DNA of 64,000 bases from Eledone cirrhosa (taxonomy: Eukaryota): assembly GCA_964016885.1 (NCBI GenBank), contig OZ024745.1, positions 6,076,001 to 6,140,000 of the forward strand, in the 5' to 3' direction. The translations under genes were made by a program, and so were the position numbers. A model generated the notes under the pieces. That model had not been told where the DNA came from, did no database searches, and was given only the letters and a program-made list of their open reading frames with translations. This document shows positions 36,101-53,800 of the stretch, piece after piece (within the stretch, counting starts at the first letter, position 1; each line of letters starts with the position of its first letter).

Positions 36101-36490
36101 GCCATGTAACACAATATGCACCTTCCCAGGCCATATAACACGATATACACCTTCCCAGACCAAGTAACACAATATACACCTTCCCAGGCCATATAACACA
36201 ATACACACCTTCCCAGGCCATATAACACAATATACACCTTCCCAGGCCATATAACACAATACACACCTTCCCAGGCCATGTAACACAATATACACCTTCC
36301 CAGGCCATATAACACAATATACACCTTCCCAGACCATATAACACAATATACACCTTCCCAGACCATATAACACAATATACACCTTCCCAGGCCATATAAC
36401 ACAATATACACCTTCCCAGACCATATAACACAATATACACCTTCCCAGGCCACGTAACACAATATACACCTTCCCAGGCCATGTAACACA
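32210..36490. repeat. Tandem duplication, period 2123 bp (73 units + three +2 units)
   Basis: ORF pairs 32349..32600 / 34472..34723, 32610..33209 / 34733..35332 and 32660..33931 / 34783..36054. Private variants CACCCCAGAT (~33664 / ~35787) and GACCAAGT (~34035 / ~36158). Confidence 0.92.
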
Positions 36491-37229
36491 ATATACATCT
36501 TCCCAGGCCATATAACACAATATAAACCTTCCCAGGCCATGTAACACAATATACACCTTCCCAGGCCATGTAACACAATATACACCTTCCCAGGCCATAT
36601 AACACAATATACACCTTCCCAGGCCATGTAACACAATATACACCTTCCCAGGCCATGTAACACAATATACACCTTCCCAGGCCATATAACACAATATACA
36701 CCTTCCCAGGCCATGTAACACAATATACACCTTCCCAGGCCATGTAACACAATATACACCTTCCCAGGCCATATAACACAATATACACCTTCCCAGGCCA
36801 TGTAACACAATATACACCTTCCCAGGCCATGTAACACAATATACACCTTCCCAGGCCATATAACACAATATACACCTTCGCAGGCCATGTAACACAATAT
36901 ACACCTTCCCAGGCCATATAACACAATATACACCTTCCCAGGCCATGTAACACAATATACACCTTCCCAGGTCATATAACACAATATACACCTTCCCAGG
37001 CCATGTAACACAATATACACCTTCCCAGGCCATGTAACACAATATACACCTTCCCAGGCCATATAACACAATATACACCTTCCCAGACCATATAACACAA
37101 TATACACCTTCCCAGGCCATGTAACACAATATACACCTTCCCAGGCCATATAACACAATATACACCTTCCTAGGCCATATAACACAATATACACCTTCCC
37201 AGGCCATGTAACACAATATACACCTTCCC

Positions 37230-38660
37230 AGGCCATATAACACAATATACACCTTCCCAGACCATATAACACAATACACACCTTCCCAGGCCATGTAACA
37301 CAATATACACCTTCCCAGGCCATATAACACAATATACACCTTCCCAGGCCATATAACACAATATACACCTTCCCAGGCCATGTAACTCAATATACACCTT
37401 ACCAGACCATATAACACAATATACACCTTCGCAGACCATATAACACAATATACAGCTGCCCAGGCAATGTAACACAATATACACCTTCCCAGGCCATATA
37501 ACACAATATACACCTTCCCAGGCCATGTAACACAATATACACCTTCCTAGGCCATATAACACAATATACACCTTCCCAGGCCATGTAACACAATATACAC
37601 CTTCCCAGGCTATATAACACAATATACACCTTCCCAGACCATATAACACAATACACACCTTCCCAGGCCATGTAACACAATATACAACTTCCCAGGCCAT
37701 ATAACACAATATACACCTTCCCAGGCCATATAACACAATATACACCTTCCCAGGCCATGTAACTCAATATACACCTTACCAGACCATATAACACAATATA
37801 CACCTTCGCAGACCATATAACACAATATACAGCTGCCCAGGCAATGTAACACAATATACACCTTCCCAGGCCATATAACACAATATACACCTTCCCAGGC
37901 CATGTAACACAATATACACGTTCCCAGACCATATAACACAATATACACCTTCCCAGACCATATAACACAATATACACCTTCCCAGGACATATAACACAAT
38001 ATACACCTTCCCAGACCATATAACACAATATACACCTTCCCAGACCATATAACACAAAATACACCTTCCCAGACCATATAACACAATATACACCTTCCCA
38101 GGCCATATAACACAATATACACCTTCCCAGACCATATAACACAATATACACCTTCCCTGACCATATAACACAATATACACCTTCCCAGGCCATATATCAT
38201 AATATACACCTTCCCAGACCATATAACACAATATACACCTTCACAGGCCATATAACACAATATACACCTTCCCAGGCCATATAACACAATATACACCTTC
38301 CCAGGCCATATAACACAATATACACCTTCCCAGGCCATGTAACACAATATACACCTTCCCAGACCATATAACACAATATACACCTTCCCAGACCATATAA
38401 CACAATATACACCTTCCCAGGACATATAACACAATATACACCTTCCCAGACCATATAACACAATATACACCTTCCCAGACCATATAACACAAAATACACC
38501 TTCCCAGACCATATAACACAATATACACCTTCCCAGGCCATATAACACAATATACACCTTCCCAGACCATATAACACAATATACACCTTCCCTGACCATA
38601 TAACACAATATACACCTTCCCAGGCCATATATCATAATATACACCTTCCCAAACCATATA
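37230..38660. repeat. Two short nested duplications, offsets 377 bp (13 units) and 435 bp (15 units)
   Basis: TTACCAG at 37399 / 37776. TATCAT landmark at 38197 / 38632, each preceded by a CCCTGACC unit. Confidence 0.8.
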
Positions 38661-41600
38661 ACACAATATACACCTTCCCAGGCCATATAACACAATATAC
38701 ACCTTCCCAGGCCATATAACACAATACACACCTTCCCAGGCCATGTAACACACAATATACACCTTCCCAGGCCATATAACACAATACACACCTTCCCAGG
38801 CCATGTAACACAATATACACCTTCCCAGGCCATATAACACAATATACACCTTCCCAGACCATACAACACGATATACAGCTTCCCAGATCATATAACACAA
38901 TATACACCTTCCCAGGCCATGTAACACAATATACACCTTCCCAGGCCATATAACACGATATACACCTTCCCAGACCATGTAACACAATATACACCTTCCC
39001 AGGCCATATAACACAAAACACACCTTCTCAGGCCATATAACACAATATACACCTTCCCAGGCCATATAACACAATACACACCTTCCCAGGCGATATAACA
39101 CAATATACACCTTCCCAGGCCATATAACACAATATACACCTTCCCAGACCATATAACACGATATACACCTTCCCAGACAATGTAACACAATATACACCTT
39201 CCCAGGCCATATAACACAATACACACCTTCCCAGGCCATATAACACAATATACACCTTCCCAGGCCATATAACACAATACACACCTTCCCAGGCCATGTA
39301 ACACAATATACACCTTCCCAGGCCTTATAACACAATATACACCTTCCCAGACCATATAACACAATATACACCTTCCCAGACCATATAACACAATATACAC
39401 CTTCCCAGCCCATATAACACAATATACACCTTCCCAGACCATATAACACAATATACACCTTCCCAGGCCACGTAACACAATATACACCTTCCCAGGCCAT
39501 GTAACACAATATACACCTTCCCAGGCCATATAACACAATATACACCTTCCCAGGCCATGTAACACTATATACACCTTCCCAGGCCATGTAACACAATATA
39601 CACCTTCCCAGGCCATATAACACAATATACACCTTCCCAGGCCATGTAACACAATATACACCTTCCCAGGCCATGTAACACAATATACACCTTCCCAGGC
39701 CATATAACACAATATACACCTTCCCAGGCCATGTAACACAATATACACCTTCCCAGGCCATATAACACAATATACATCTTCCCAGGCCATGTAACACAAT
39801 ATACACCTTCCCAGGCCATGTAACACAATATACACCTTCCCAGGCCATATTACACGATATACACCTTCCCAGGCCATGTAACACAATATACACCTTCCCA
39901 GGCCATGTAACACAATATACACCTTCCCAGGCCATATAACACAATATACACCTTCCCAGGCCATGTAACACAATATACACCTTCGCAGGCCATGTAACAC
40001 AATATACACCTTCCCAGGCCATATAACACAATATACACCTTCCCAGACCATATAACACAATATACACCTTCCCAGGCCATGTAACACAATATACACCTTC
40101 CCAGGCCATATAACACAACATACACCTTCCCAGGCCATGTAACACAATATACACCTTCCCAGACCATAAACACAATATACACCTTCCCAGGCCATGTAAC
40201 ACAATATACACCTTCCCAGGCCATATAACACAATATACACCTTCCCAGGCCATGTAACACACCATATACAGCTTCCCAGGCCATATAACACAATACACAC
40301 CTTCCCAGGCCATGTAACACAATATACACCTTCCCAGGCCATATAACACAATATACACCTTCCCAGGCCATATAACACAATATACACCTTCCCAGGCCAT
40401 GTAACACAATATACACCTTCCCAGACCATATAACACAATATACACCTTCGCAGACCATATAACACAATATACAGCTTCCCAGGCCATGTAACACAATATA
40501 CACCTTCCCAGACCATATAACACAAAATACACCTTCCCAGACCATATAACACAATATACACCTTCCCAGGCCATATAACACAATATAGACCTTCCCAGAT
40601 CATATAACACAATATACACCTTCCCAGGCCATATAACACAATATACACCTTCCCAGGCCATATGACACAATATGCACGTTCCCAGACCATATAACACAAT
40701 ATACATCTTCCCAGGCCATATAACACAATATACACCTTCCCAGGCAATATAACACAATATACACCTTCCCAGGCCATATAACACAATATACACCTTCCCA
40801 GGCCATATAACACAATATACACCTTCCCAGGCCATATAACACAATACACACCTTCCCAGGCCATGTAACACACCAGATACACCTTCCCAGGCCATGTAAC
40901 ACAATATACACCTTCCCATGACATATAACACAATATACACCTTCCCAGGCCATATAACACAATATACACCTTCCCAGGCCATATAACACAATACACACCT
41001 TCCCAGGCCATGTAACACACAATATACACCTTCCCAGGCCATGTATCACAATATAAACCTTCCCAGGCCATGTAACACAATATACACCTTCCCAGGCCAT
41101 ATAACACAATATACACCTTCCCAGACCATATAACACGATATACAGCTTCCCAGATCATATAACACAATATACACCTTCCCAGGCCATGTAACACAATATA
41201 CACCTTCCCAGGCCATATAGCACGATATACACCTTCCCAGACCATGTAACACAATATACACCTTCCCAGGCCATATAACACAATATACACCTTCCCAGAC
41301 CATATAACACAATATACACCTTCCCAGGCCATATAACACAATATACACCTTCCCAGGCCATGTAACACAATACACACCTTCCCAGGCCATATAACACAAT
41401 ATACACCTTCCCAGACCATATAACACAATATACACCTTCCCAGACCATATAACACAATATACACCTTCCCAGGCCATATAACACAATATACACCTTCCCA
41501 GACCATATAACACAATATACACCTTCCCAGGCCACGTAACACAATATACACCTTCCCAGGCCATGTAACACAATATACACCTTCCCAGGCCATATAACAC

Positions 41601-43199
41601 AATATACACCTTCCCAGGCCATGTAACACAATATACACCTTCCCAGGCCATGTAACACAATATACACCTTCCCAGGCCATATAACACAATATACACCTTC
41701 CCAGGCCATGTAACACAATATACACCTTCTCAGGCCATGTAACACAATATACCCCTTCCCAGGCCATATAACACAATATAAACCTTCCCAGGCCATGTAA
41801 CACAATATACACCTTCCCAGGCCATATAACACAATATACACCTTCCCAGGCCATGTAACACAATATACACCTTCCCAGGCCATGTAACACAATATACACC
41901 TTCCCAGGCCATATAACACAATATACACCTTCCCAGGCCATGTAACACAATATACACCTTCCCAGGCCATGTAACACAATATACACCTTCCCAGGCCATA
42001 TAACACAATATACACCTTCCCAGGCCATGTAACACAATATACACCTTCCCAGGCCATGTAACACAATATACACGTTCCCAGGCCATATAACACAATATAC
42101 ACCTTCCCAGACCATATAACACAATATACACCTTCCCAGGCCATGTAACACAATATAAACCTTCCCAGGCCATATAACACAACATACACCTTCCCAGGCC
42201 ATGTAACACAATATACACCTTCCCAGACCATATAACACAATATACACCTTCCCAGGCCATGTAACACAATATACACCTTCCCAGGCCATATAACACAATA
42301 TACACCTTCCCAGGCCATGTAACACAATATACACCTTCCCAGGCCATGTAACACACCATATACAGCTTCCCAGGCCATATAACACAATATACACCTTCCC
42401 AGACCATATAACACAATACACACCTTCCCAGGCCATGTAACACAATATACACCTTCCCAGGCCATATAACACAATATACACCTTCCCAGGCCATATAACA
42501 CAATATACACCTTCCCAGGCCATGTAACACAATATACACCTTCCCAGACCATATAACACAATATACACCTTCGCAGATCATATAACACAATATACAGCTT
42601 CCCAGGCCATGTAACACAATATACACCTTCCCAGACCATATAACACAAAATACACCTTCCCAGACCATATAACACAATATACACCTTCCAAGGCCATATA
42701 ACACAATATACACCTTCCCAGGCCATATAACACAATATACACCTTCCCAGGCCATATAACACAATATACACCTTCCCAGGCCATGTAACGCAATATACAC
42801 CTTCCCAGACCATATAACACAATATACAACTTCCCAGGCCATATAACACAATATACACCTTCCCAGGCCATATAACACAATATACACCTTCCCAGGCCAT
42901 ATAACACAATATACAACTTCCCAGGCCATATAACACAATATACACCTTCCCAGGCCATATAACACAATACACACCTTCCCAGGCCATGTAACACACCAGA
43001 TACACCTTCCCAGGCCATGTAACACAATATACACCTTCCCAGGCCATATAACACAATATACATCTTCCCAGGCCATATAACACAATATACACCTTCCCAG
43101 GCCATATAACACAATACACACCTTCCCAGGCCATGTAACACACAATATACACCTTCCCAGGCCATGTAACACAATATACACCTTCCCAGGCCATGTAAC

Positions 43200-45680
43200 A
43201 CAATATACACCTTCCCAGGCCATATAACACAATATACACCTTCCCAGACCATATAACACAATATACACCTTCCCAGATCATATAACACAATATACACCTT
43301 ACCAGGCCATGTAACACAATATACACCTTCCCAGGCCATATAACACGATATACACCTTCCCAGACCATGTAACACAATATACACCTTCCCAGGCCATATA
43401 ACACAATATACACCTTCCCAGGCCATATAACACAATATACACCTTCCCAGGCCATATAACACAATACACACCTTCCCAGGCCATGTAACACAATATACAC
43501 CTTCCCAGGCCATATAACACTATATACACCTTCCCAGACCATATAACACAATATACACCTTCCCAGACCGTATAACACAATATACACCTTCCCAGGCCAT
43601 ATAACACAATATACACCTTCCCAGACCATATAACACAATGTACACCTTCCCAGGCCACGTAACACAATATACACCTTCCCAGGCCATGTAACACAATATA
43701 CACCTTCCCAGGACATATAACACAATATACACCTTCCCAGGCCATGTAACACAATATACACCTTCCCAGGCCATGTAACACAATATACACCTTCCCAGGC
43801 CATATAACACAATATACACCTTCCCAGGCCATGTAACACAATATACACCTTCCTAGGCCATGTAACACAATATACACCTTCCCAGGCCATATAACACAAT
43901 ATACACCTTCCCAGGCCATGTAACACAATATACACCTTCCCAGGCCATGTAACACAATATACACCTTCCCAGGCCATATAACACAATATACACCTTCCCA
44001 GGCCATGTAACACAATATACACCTTCCCAGGCCATATAACACAATATACACCTTCCCAGGCCATGTAACACAATATACACCTTCCCTGGTCATGTAACAC
44101 AATATACACCTTCCCAGGCCATATAACACAATATACACCTTCCCAGACCATATAACACAATATACACCTTCCCAGGCCACGTAACACAATATACACCTTC
44201 TCAGGCCATATAACACAATATACACCTTCCCAGGCCATGTAACGCAATATACACCTTCCCAGACCATATAACACAATATACACCTTCCCAGGCCATGTAA
44301 CACAATATACACCTTCCCAGGCCATATAACACAATATACACCTTCCCAGGCCATATAACACAATATACACCTTCCCAGCCCATGTAACACAATATACACC
44401 TTCCCAGGCCATATATCATAATATACACCTTCCCAGACCATATAACACAATATACACCTTCCCAGACCATATAACACAATATACACCTTCCCAGGCCATA
44501 TATCATAATATACACCTTCCCAGGCCATATAACACAATATACACCTTCCCAGATCATATAACACAATATACAGCTTCCCAGGCCATGTAACACGATATAC
44601 ACCTTCCCAGGCCATATAACACAATATACACCTTCCCAGGCCATATAACACAATATACACCTTCCCAGACCATATAACACAATATACACCTTCCCAGATC
44701 ATATAACACAATATACACCTTCCCAGGCCATGTAACACAATATACACCTTCCCAGGCCATATAACACGATATACACCTTCCCAGACCATGTAACACAATA
44801 TACACCTTCCCAGGCCATATAACACAATATACACCTTCCCAGGCCATATAACACAATATACACCTTCCCAGGCCATATAACACAATACACACCTTCCCAG
44901 GCCATGTAACACAATATACACCTTCCCAGGCCATATAACACTATATACACCTTCCCAGACCATATAACACAATATACACCTTCCCAGACCATATAACACA
45001 ATATACACCTTCCCAGGCCATATAACACAATATACACCTTCCCAGACCATATAACACAATGTACACCTTCCCAGGCCACGTAACACAATATACACCTTCC
45101 CAGGCCATGTAACACAATATACACCTTCCCAGGACATATAACACAATATACACCTTCCCAGGCCATGTAACACAATATACACCTTCCCAGGCCATGTAAC
45201 ACAATATACACCTTCCCAGGCCATATAACACAATATACACCTTCCCAGGCCATGTAACACAATATACACCTTCCCAGGCCATGTAACACAATATACACCT
45301 TCCCAGGCCATATAACACAATATACACCTTCCCAGGCCATGTAACACAATATACACCTTCCCAGGCCATGTAACACAATATACACCTTCCCAGGCCATAT
45401 AACACAATATACACCTTCCCAGGCCATGTAACACAATATACACCTTCCCAGGCCATATAACACAATATACACCTTCCCAGGCCATGTAACACAATATACA
45501 CCTTCCCAGGCCATGTAACACAATATACACCTTCCCAGGCCATATAACACAATATACACCTTCCCAGACCATATAACACAATATACACCTTCCCAGGCCA
45601 CGTAACACAATATACACCTTCTCAGGCCATATAACACAATATACACCTTCCCAGGCCATGTAACACAATATACACCTTCC
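43200..45680. repeat. Duplication, offset 1421 bp (49 units)
   Basis: ACACTATAT at ~43517 / ~44938, AATGTAC at ~43637 / ~45058, TTCTCAGG at ~44198 / ~45619. 1421 = 49x29. Confidence 0.88.
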
Positions 45681-47299
45681 CAGGCCATATAACACAATAT
45701 ACACCTTCCCAGCCCATGTAACACAATATACACCTTCCCAGAGCATATAACACAATATACATCTTCCCAGGCCATATAACACAATATACACCTTCCCAGG
45801 CCATATAACACAATATACACCTTCCCAGGCCATGTAACACAATATACACCTCCACAGGCCATATAAAACAATATACACCTTCCCAGGCCATATAACACAA
45901 TATACACCTTCCCAGGCCATGTAACACAATATACACCTTCCCAGACCATATAACACAATATACATCTTCCCAGGCCATATAACACAATATACACCTTCCC
46001 AGGCCATGTAACACAATATACACCTTCCCAGGCCATATAACACAATATACACCTTCCCAGACCATATAACACAATATACACCTTCCCAGGCCATGTAACA
46101 CAATATACACCTTCCCAGGCCATATAACACAATATACAACTTCCCAGGCCATGTAACACAATATACACCTTCCCAGACCATATAACACAATATACACCTT
46201 CCCAGGCCATATAACACAATACACACCTTCCCAGGCCATGTAACACAATATACACCTTCCCAGGCCATGTAACACAATATACACCTTCCCAGGCCATATA
46301 ACACAATATACACCTTCCCAGGCCATGTAACACACAATATACACCTTCCCAGGCCATGTAACACAATATACACCTTACCAGACCATATAACACAATATAC
46401 ACCTTCGCAGACAATATAACACAATATACAGCTTCCCAGGCAATGTAACACAATATACACCTTCCCAGGCCATATAACACAAAATACACCTTCCCAGGCC
46501 ATGTAACACAATATACACCTTCCCAGACCATATAACACAATATACACCTTCCCAGACCATATAACACAATATACACCTTCCCAGGACATATAACACAATA
46601 TACACCTTCCCAGACCATATAACACAATATACACCTTCCCAGGCCATGTAACACAATATACACCTTCCCAGGCCATGTAACACAATATACACCTTCCCAG
46701 GCCATGTAACACAATATACACCTTCCCAGGCCATGTAACACAATATACACCTTCCCAGACCATATAACACAAAATACACCTTCCCAGACCATATAACACA
46801 ATATACACCTTCCCAGGCCATATAACAAAATATAGACCTTCCCAGACCATATAACACAATATACACCTTCCCAGGCCATGTAACACAATATAGACCTTCC
46901 CAGGCCATATAACACAATATACACCTTCCCAGGCCATATAACACAATATACACCTTCCCAGACCATATAACACAATATACACCTTCCCAGGCCATATATC
47001 ATAATATACACCTTCCCAGACCATATAACACAATATACACCTTCCCAGACCATATAACACAATATACACCTTCCCAGGCCATATATCATAATATACACCT
47101 TCCCAGGCCATATAACACAATATACACCTTCCCAGATCATATAACACAATATACAGCTTCCCAGGCCATGTAACATGATATACACCTTCCCAGGCCATAT
47201 AACACAATATACACCTTCCCAGGCCATATAACACAATATACACCTTCCCAGGCCATATAACACAATATACACCTTCCCAGGCCATATAACACAATACAC

Positions 47300-50200
47300 A
47301 CCTTCCCAGGCCATGTAACACACAATATACACCTTCCCAGGCCATGTAACACAATATACACCTTCCCAGGCCATGTAACACAATATACACCTTCCCAGGC
47401 CATATAACACAATATACACCTTCCCAGGCCATGTAACACAATATACACCTTCCTAGGCCATATAACACAATATACACCTTCCCAGGCCATGTAACATAAT
47501 ATACACCTTCCCAGGCCATATAACACAATATACACCTTCCCAGGCCATATAACACAATATACACCTTCCCAGGCCATGTAACACAATATACACCTTCCCA
47601 GGCCATATAACACAATATACACCTTCCCAGGCCACGTAACACAATATACACCTTCCCAGGCCATATAACACAATATACACCTTCCCAGGCCATATAACAC
47701 AATATACACCTTCCCAGGCCATATAACACAATACACACCTTCCCAGGCCATGTAACACACCAGATACACCTTCCCAGGCCATGTAACACAATATACACCT
47801 TCCCAGGCCATATAACACAATATACACCTTCCCAGGCCATATAACACAATATACACCTTCCCAGGCCATATAACACAATACACACCTTCCCAGGCCATGT
47901 AACACACAATATACACCTTCCCAGACCATATAACACAATATACACCTTCCCAGGACATATAACACAATATACACCTTCCCAGACCATATAACACAATATA
48001 CACCTTCCCAGACCATGTAACACAATATACACCTTCCCAGGCCATGTAACACAATATACACCTTCCCAGGCCATATAACACAATATACACCTTCCCAGAC
48101 CATATAACACAATATACAGCTTCCCAGATCATATAACACAATATACACCTTCCCAGGCCATGTAACACAATATACACCTTCCCAGGCCATATAACACGAT
48201 ATACACCTTCCCAGACCATGTAACACAATATACACCTTCCCAGGCCATATAACACAATACACACCTTCCCAGGCCATATAACACAATATACACCTTCCCA
48301 GGCCATATAACACAATACACACCTTCCCAGGCCATGTAACACAATATACACCTTCCCAGGCCATATAACACAATATACACCTTCCCAGACCATATAACAC
48401 AATATACACCTTCCCAGACCATATAACACAATATACACCTTCCCAGGCCATATAACACAATATACACCTTCCCAGACCATATAACACAATATACACCTTC
48501 CCAGGCAACGTAACACAATATACACCTTCCCAGGCCATGTAACACAATATACACCTTCCCAGGCCATATAACACAATATACACCTTCCCAGGCCATGTAA
48601 CACAATATACACCTTCCCAGGCCATATAACACAATATACACCTTCCCAAGCCATGTAACACAATATACACCTTCCTAGGCCATATAACACAATATACACC
48701 TTCCCAGGCCATGTAACACAATATACACCTTCCCAGGCCATATAACACAATATACACCTTCCCAGACCATATAACACAATACACACCATCCCAGGCCATG
48801 TAACACAATATACACCTTCCCAGGCCATATAACACAATATACACCTTCCCAGGCCATATAACACAATATACACCTTCCCAGGCCATGTAACTCAATATAC
48901 ACCTTACCAGACCATATAACACAATATACACCTTCGCAGACCATATAACACAATATACAGCTGCCCAGGCAATGTAACACAATATACACCTTCCCAGGCC
49001 ATATAACACGATATACACCTTCCCAGGCCATGTAACACAATATACACCTTCCCAGACCATATAACACAATATACACCTTCCCAGACCATATAACACAATA
49101 TACACCTTCCCAGGACATATAACACAATATACACCTTCCCAGACCATATAACACAATATACACCTTCCCAGACCATATAACACAATATACACCTTCCCAG
49201 GCCATATAACACAATATACACCTTCCCTGACCATATAACACAATATACACCTTCCCAGGCCATATATCATAATATACACCTTCCCAGACCATATAACACA
49301 ATATACACCTTCCCAGGCCATATAACACAATATACACCTTCGCAGATCATATAACACAATATACACCTTCCCAGGCCATGTAACACGATATACACCTTCC
49401 CAGGCCATATAACACAATATACACCTTCCCAGGCCATATAACACACAATATACACCTTCCCAGACCATATAACACAATATACACCTTCCCAGACCATATA
49501 ACACAATATACACCTTCCCAGGCCATATAACACAATATACACCTTCCCAGGCCATGTAACGCAATATACACCTTCCCAGACCATATAACACAATATACAA
49601 CTTCCCAGGCCATGTAACTCAATATACACCTTCCCAGGCCATATAACACAATATAAACCTTCCCAGGCCATATAACACAATATACACCTTCCCAGGCCAT
49701 ATAACACAATATACACCTTCCCAGGCCATATAACACAATATACACCTTCCCAGGCCATATAACACAATATACACCTTCCCAGGCCATATAACACAATACA
49801 CACCTTCCCAGGCCATGTAACACACAATATACACCTTCCCAGGCCATGTATCACAATATACACCTCCCCAGGCCATGTAACACAATATACACCTTCCCAG
49901 GCCATATAACACAATATACACCTTCCCAGACCATATAACACGATATACAGCTTCCCAGATCATATAACACAATATACACCTTCCCAGGCCATGTAACACA
50001 ATATACACCTTCCCAGGCCATATAACACGATATACACCTTCCCAGACCATGTAACACAATATACACCTTCCCAGGCCATATAACACAATACACACCTTCC
50101 CAGGCCATATAACACAATATACACCTTCCCAGGCCATATAACACAATACACACCTTCCCAGGCCATGTAACACAATATACACCTTCCCAGGCCATATAAC

Positions 50201-53200
50201 ACAATATACACCTTCCCAGACCATATAACACAATATACACCTTCCCAGACCATATAACACAATACACACCTTCCCAGATCATATAACACAATATACACCT
50301 TCCCAGGCCATGTATCACAATATACACCTCCCCAGGCCATGTAACACAATATACACCTTCCCAGGCCATATAACACAATATACACCTTCCCAGACCATAT
50401 AACACGATATACAGCTTCCCAGATCATATAACACAATATACACCTTCCCAGGCCATGTAACACAATATACACCTTCCCAGGCCATATAACACGATATACA
50501 CCTTCCCAGACCATGTAACACAATATACACCTTCCCAGGCCATATAACACAATACACACCTTCCCAGGCCATATAACACAATATACACCTTCCCAGGCCA
50601 TATAACACAATACACACCTTCCCAGGCCATGTAACACAATATACACCTTCCCAGGCCATATAACACAATATACACCTTCCCAGACCATATAACACAATAT
50701 ACACCTTCCCAGACCATATAACACAATATACACCTTCCCAGGCCATATAACACACAATATACACCTTCCCAGACCATATAACACAATATACACCTTCCCA
50801 GACCATATAACACAATATACACCTTCCCAGGCCATATAACACAATATACACCTTCCCAGGCCATGTAACGCAATATACACCTTCCCAGACCATATAACAC
50901 AATATACAACTTCCCAGGCCATGTAACTCAATATACACCTTCCCAGGCCATATAACACAATATAAACCTTCCCAGGCCATATAACACAATATACACCTTC
51001 CCAGGCCATATAACACAATATACACCTTCCCAGGCCATATAACACAATATACACCTTCCCAGGCCATATAACACAATATACACCTTCCCAGGCCATATAA
51101 CACAATACACACCTTCCCAGGCCATGTAACACACAATATACACCTTCCCAGGCCATGTATCACAATATACACCTCCCCAGGCCATGTAACACAATATACA
51201 CCTTCCCAGGCCATATAACACAATATACACCTTCCCAGACCATATAACACGATATACAGCTTCCCAGATCATATAACACAATATACACCTTCCCAGGCCA
51301 TGTAACACAATATACACCTTCCCAGGCCATATAACACGATATACACCTTCCCAGACCATGTAACACAATATACACCTTCCCAGGCCATATAACACAATAC
51401 ACACCTTCCCAGGCCATATAACACAATATACACCTTCCCAGGCCATATAACACAATACACACCTTCCCAGGCCATGTAACACAATATACACCTTCCCAGG
51501 CCATATAACACAATATACACCTTCCCAGACCATATAACACAATATACACCTTCCCAGACCATATAACACAATATACACCTTCCCAGGCCATATAACACAA
51601 TATACACCTTCCCAGACCATATAACACAATATACACCTTCCCAGGCCACGTAACACAATATACACCTTCCCAGGCCATGTAACACAATATACACCTTCCC
51701 AGGCCATATAACACAATATACACCTTCCCAGGCCATGTAACACAATATACACCTTCCCAGGCCATGTAACACAATATACACCTTCCCAGGCCATATAACA
51801 CAATATACACCTTCCCAGGCCATGTAACACAATATACACCTTCCAGGCCATATAACACAATATACACCTTCCCAGGCCATGTAACACAATATACACCTTC
51901 CCAGGCCATGTAACACAATATACACCTTCCCAGGCCATATAACACAATATACACCTTCCCAGACCATTTAACACAATATACACCTTCCCAGGCCATGTAA
52001 CACAATATACACCTTCCCAGACCATATAACACAATATACATCTTCCCAGGCCATATAACACAATATACACCTTCCCAGGCCATGTAACACAATATACACC
52101 TTCCCAGGCCATGTAACACAATATACACCTTCCTAGGCCATATAACACAATATACACCTTCCCAGGCCATGTAACACAATATACACCTTCCCAGGCCATA
52201 TAACACAATATACACCTTCCCAGGCCATATAACACAATATACACCTTCCCAGGCCATGTAACACAATATACACCTTCCCAGGCCATATAACACAATATAT
52301 ACCTTCCCAGGCCATGTAACACAATATACACCTTCCCAGGCCATATAACACAATATACACCTTCCCAGGCCATATAACACAATATACACCTTCCCAGGCC
52401 ATATAACACAATACACACCTTCCCAGGCCATGTAACACACCAGATACACCTTCCCAGGCCATGTAACACAATATACACCTTCCCAGGCCATATAACACAA
52501 TATACACCTTCCCAGGCCATATAACACAATATACACCTTCCCAGGCCATATAATACAATACACACCTTCCCAGGCCATGTAACACACAATATACACCTTC
52601 CCAGGCCATGTAACACAATATACACCTTCCCAGGCCATGTAACACAATATACACCTTCCCAGGCCATATAACACAATATACACCTTCCCAGACCATATAA
52701 CACAATATACAGCTTCCCAGATCATATAACACAATATACACCTTCCCAGGCCATGTAACACAATATACACCTTCCCAGGCCATATAACACGATATACACC
52801 TTCCCAGACCATGTAACACAATATACACCTTCCCAGGACATATAACACAATACACACCTTCCCAGGCCATATAACACAATATACACCTTCCCAGGCCATA
52901 TAACACAATACACACCTTCCCAGGCCATGTAACACAATATACACCTTCCCAGGCCATATAACACAATATACACCTTCCCAGACCATATAACACAATATAC
53001 ACCTTCCCAGACCATATAACACAATATACACCTTCCCAGGCCATATAACACAATATACACCTTCCCAGACCATATAACACAATATACACCTTCCCAGGCC
53101 ACGTAACACAATATACACCTTCCCAGGCCATGTAACACAATATACACCTTCCCAGGCCATATAACACAATATACACCTTCCCAGGCCATGTAACACAATA

Positions 53201-53800
53201 TACACCTTCCCAGGCCATATAACACAATATACACCTTCCCAAGCCATGTAACACAATATACACCTTCCTAGGCCATATAACACAATATACACCTTCCCAG
53301 GCCATGTAACACAATATACACCTTCCCAGGCCATATAACACAATATACACCTTCCCAGACCATATAACACAATACACACCTTCCCAGGCCATGTAACACA
53401 ATATACACCTTCCCAGGCCATATAACACAATATACACCTTCCCAGGCCATATAACACAATATACACCTTCCCAGGCCATGTAACTCAATATACACCTTAC
53501 CAGACCATATAACACAATATACACCTTCGCAGACCATATAACACAATATACAGCTGCCCAGGCAATGTAACACAATATACACCTTCCTAGGCCATATAAC
53601 ACAATATACACCTTCCCAGGCCATGTAACACAATATACACCTTTCCAGACCATATAACACAATATACACCTTCCCAGACCATACAACACAATATACACCT
53701 TCCCAGGACATATAACACAATATACACCTTCCCAGACCATATAACACAATATACACCTTCCCAGACCATATAACACAATATACACCTTCCCAGGCCATAT
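47300..53800. repeat. Dispersed duplication: ~47.4-49.2 kb recurs at ~52.1-53.8 kb (offsets 4680 then 4593)
   Basis: ORFs 48129..48641 / 52722..53234. CCCAAGCC followed by TCCTAGG at ~48645-48675 and ~53238-53268. The two offsets differ by 87 bp (3 units). Confidence 0.83.
49410..51560. repeat. Nested tandem duplications, offsets 1309 bp (45 units +4) and 464 bp (16 units)
   Basis: Private GTATCACAATATACACCTCCCC marker at ~49848, ~50312 and ~51157. ORF lower ends 49851 / 50315 / 51160 and 49960 / 50424 / 51269. Confidence 0.88.
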
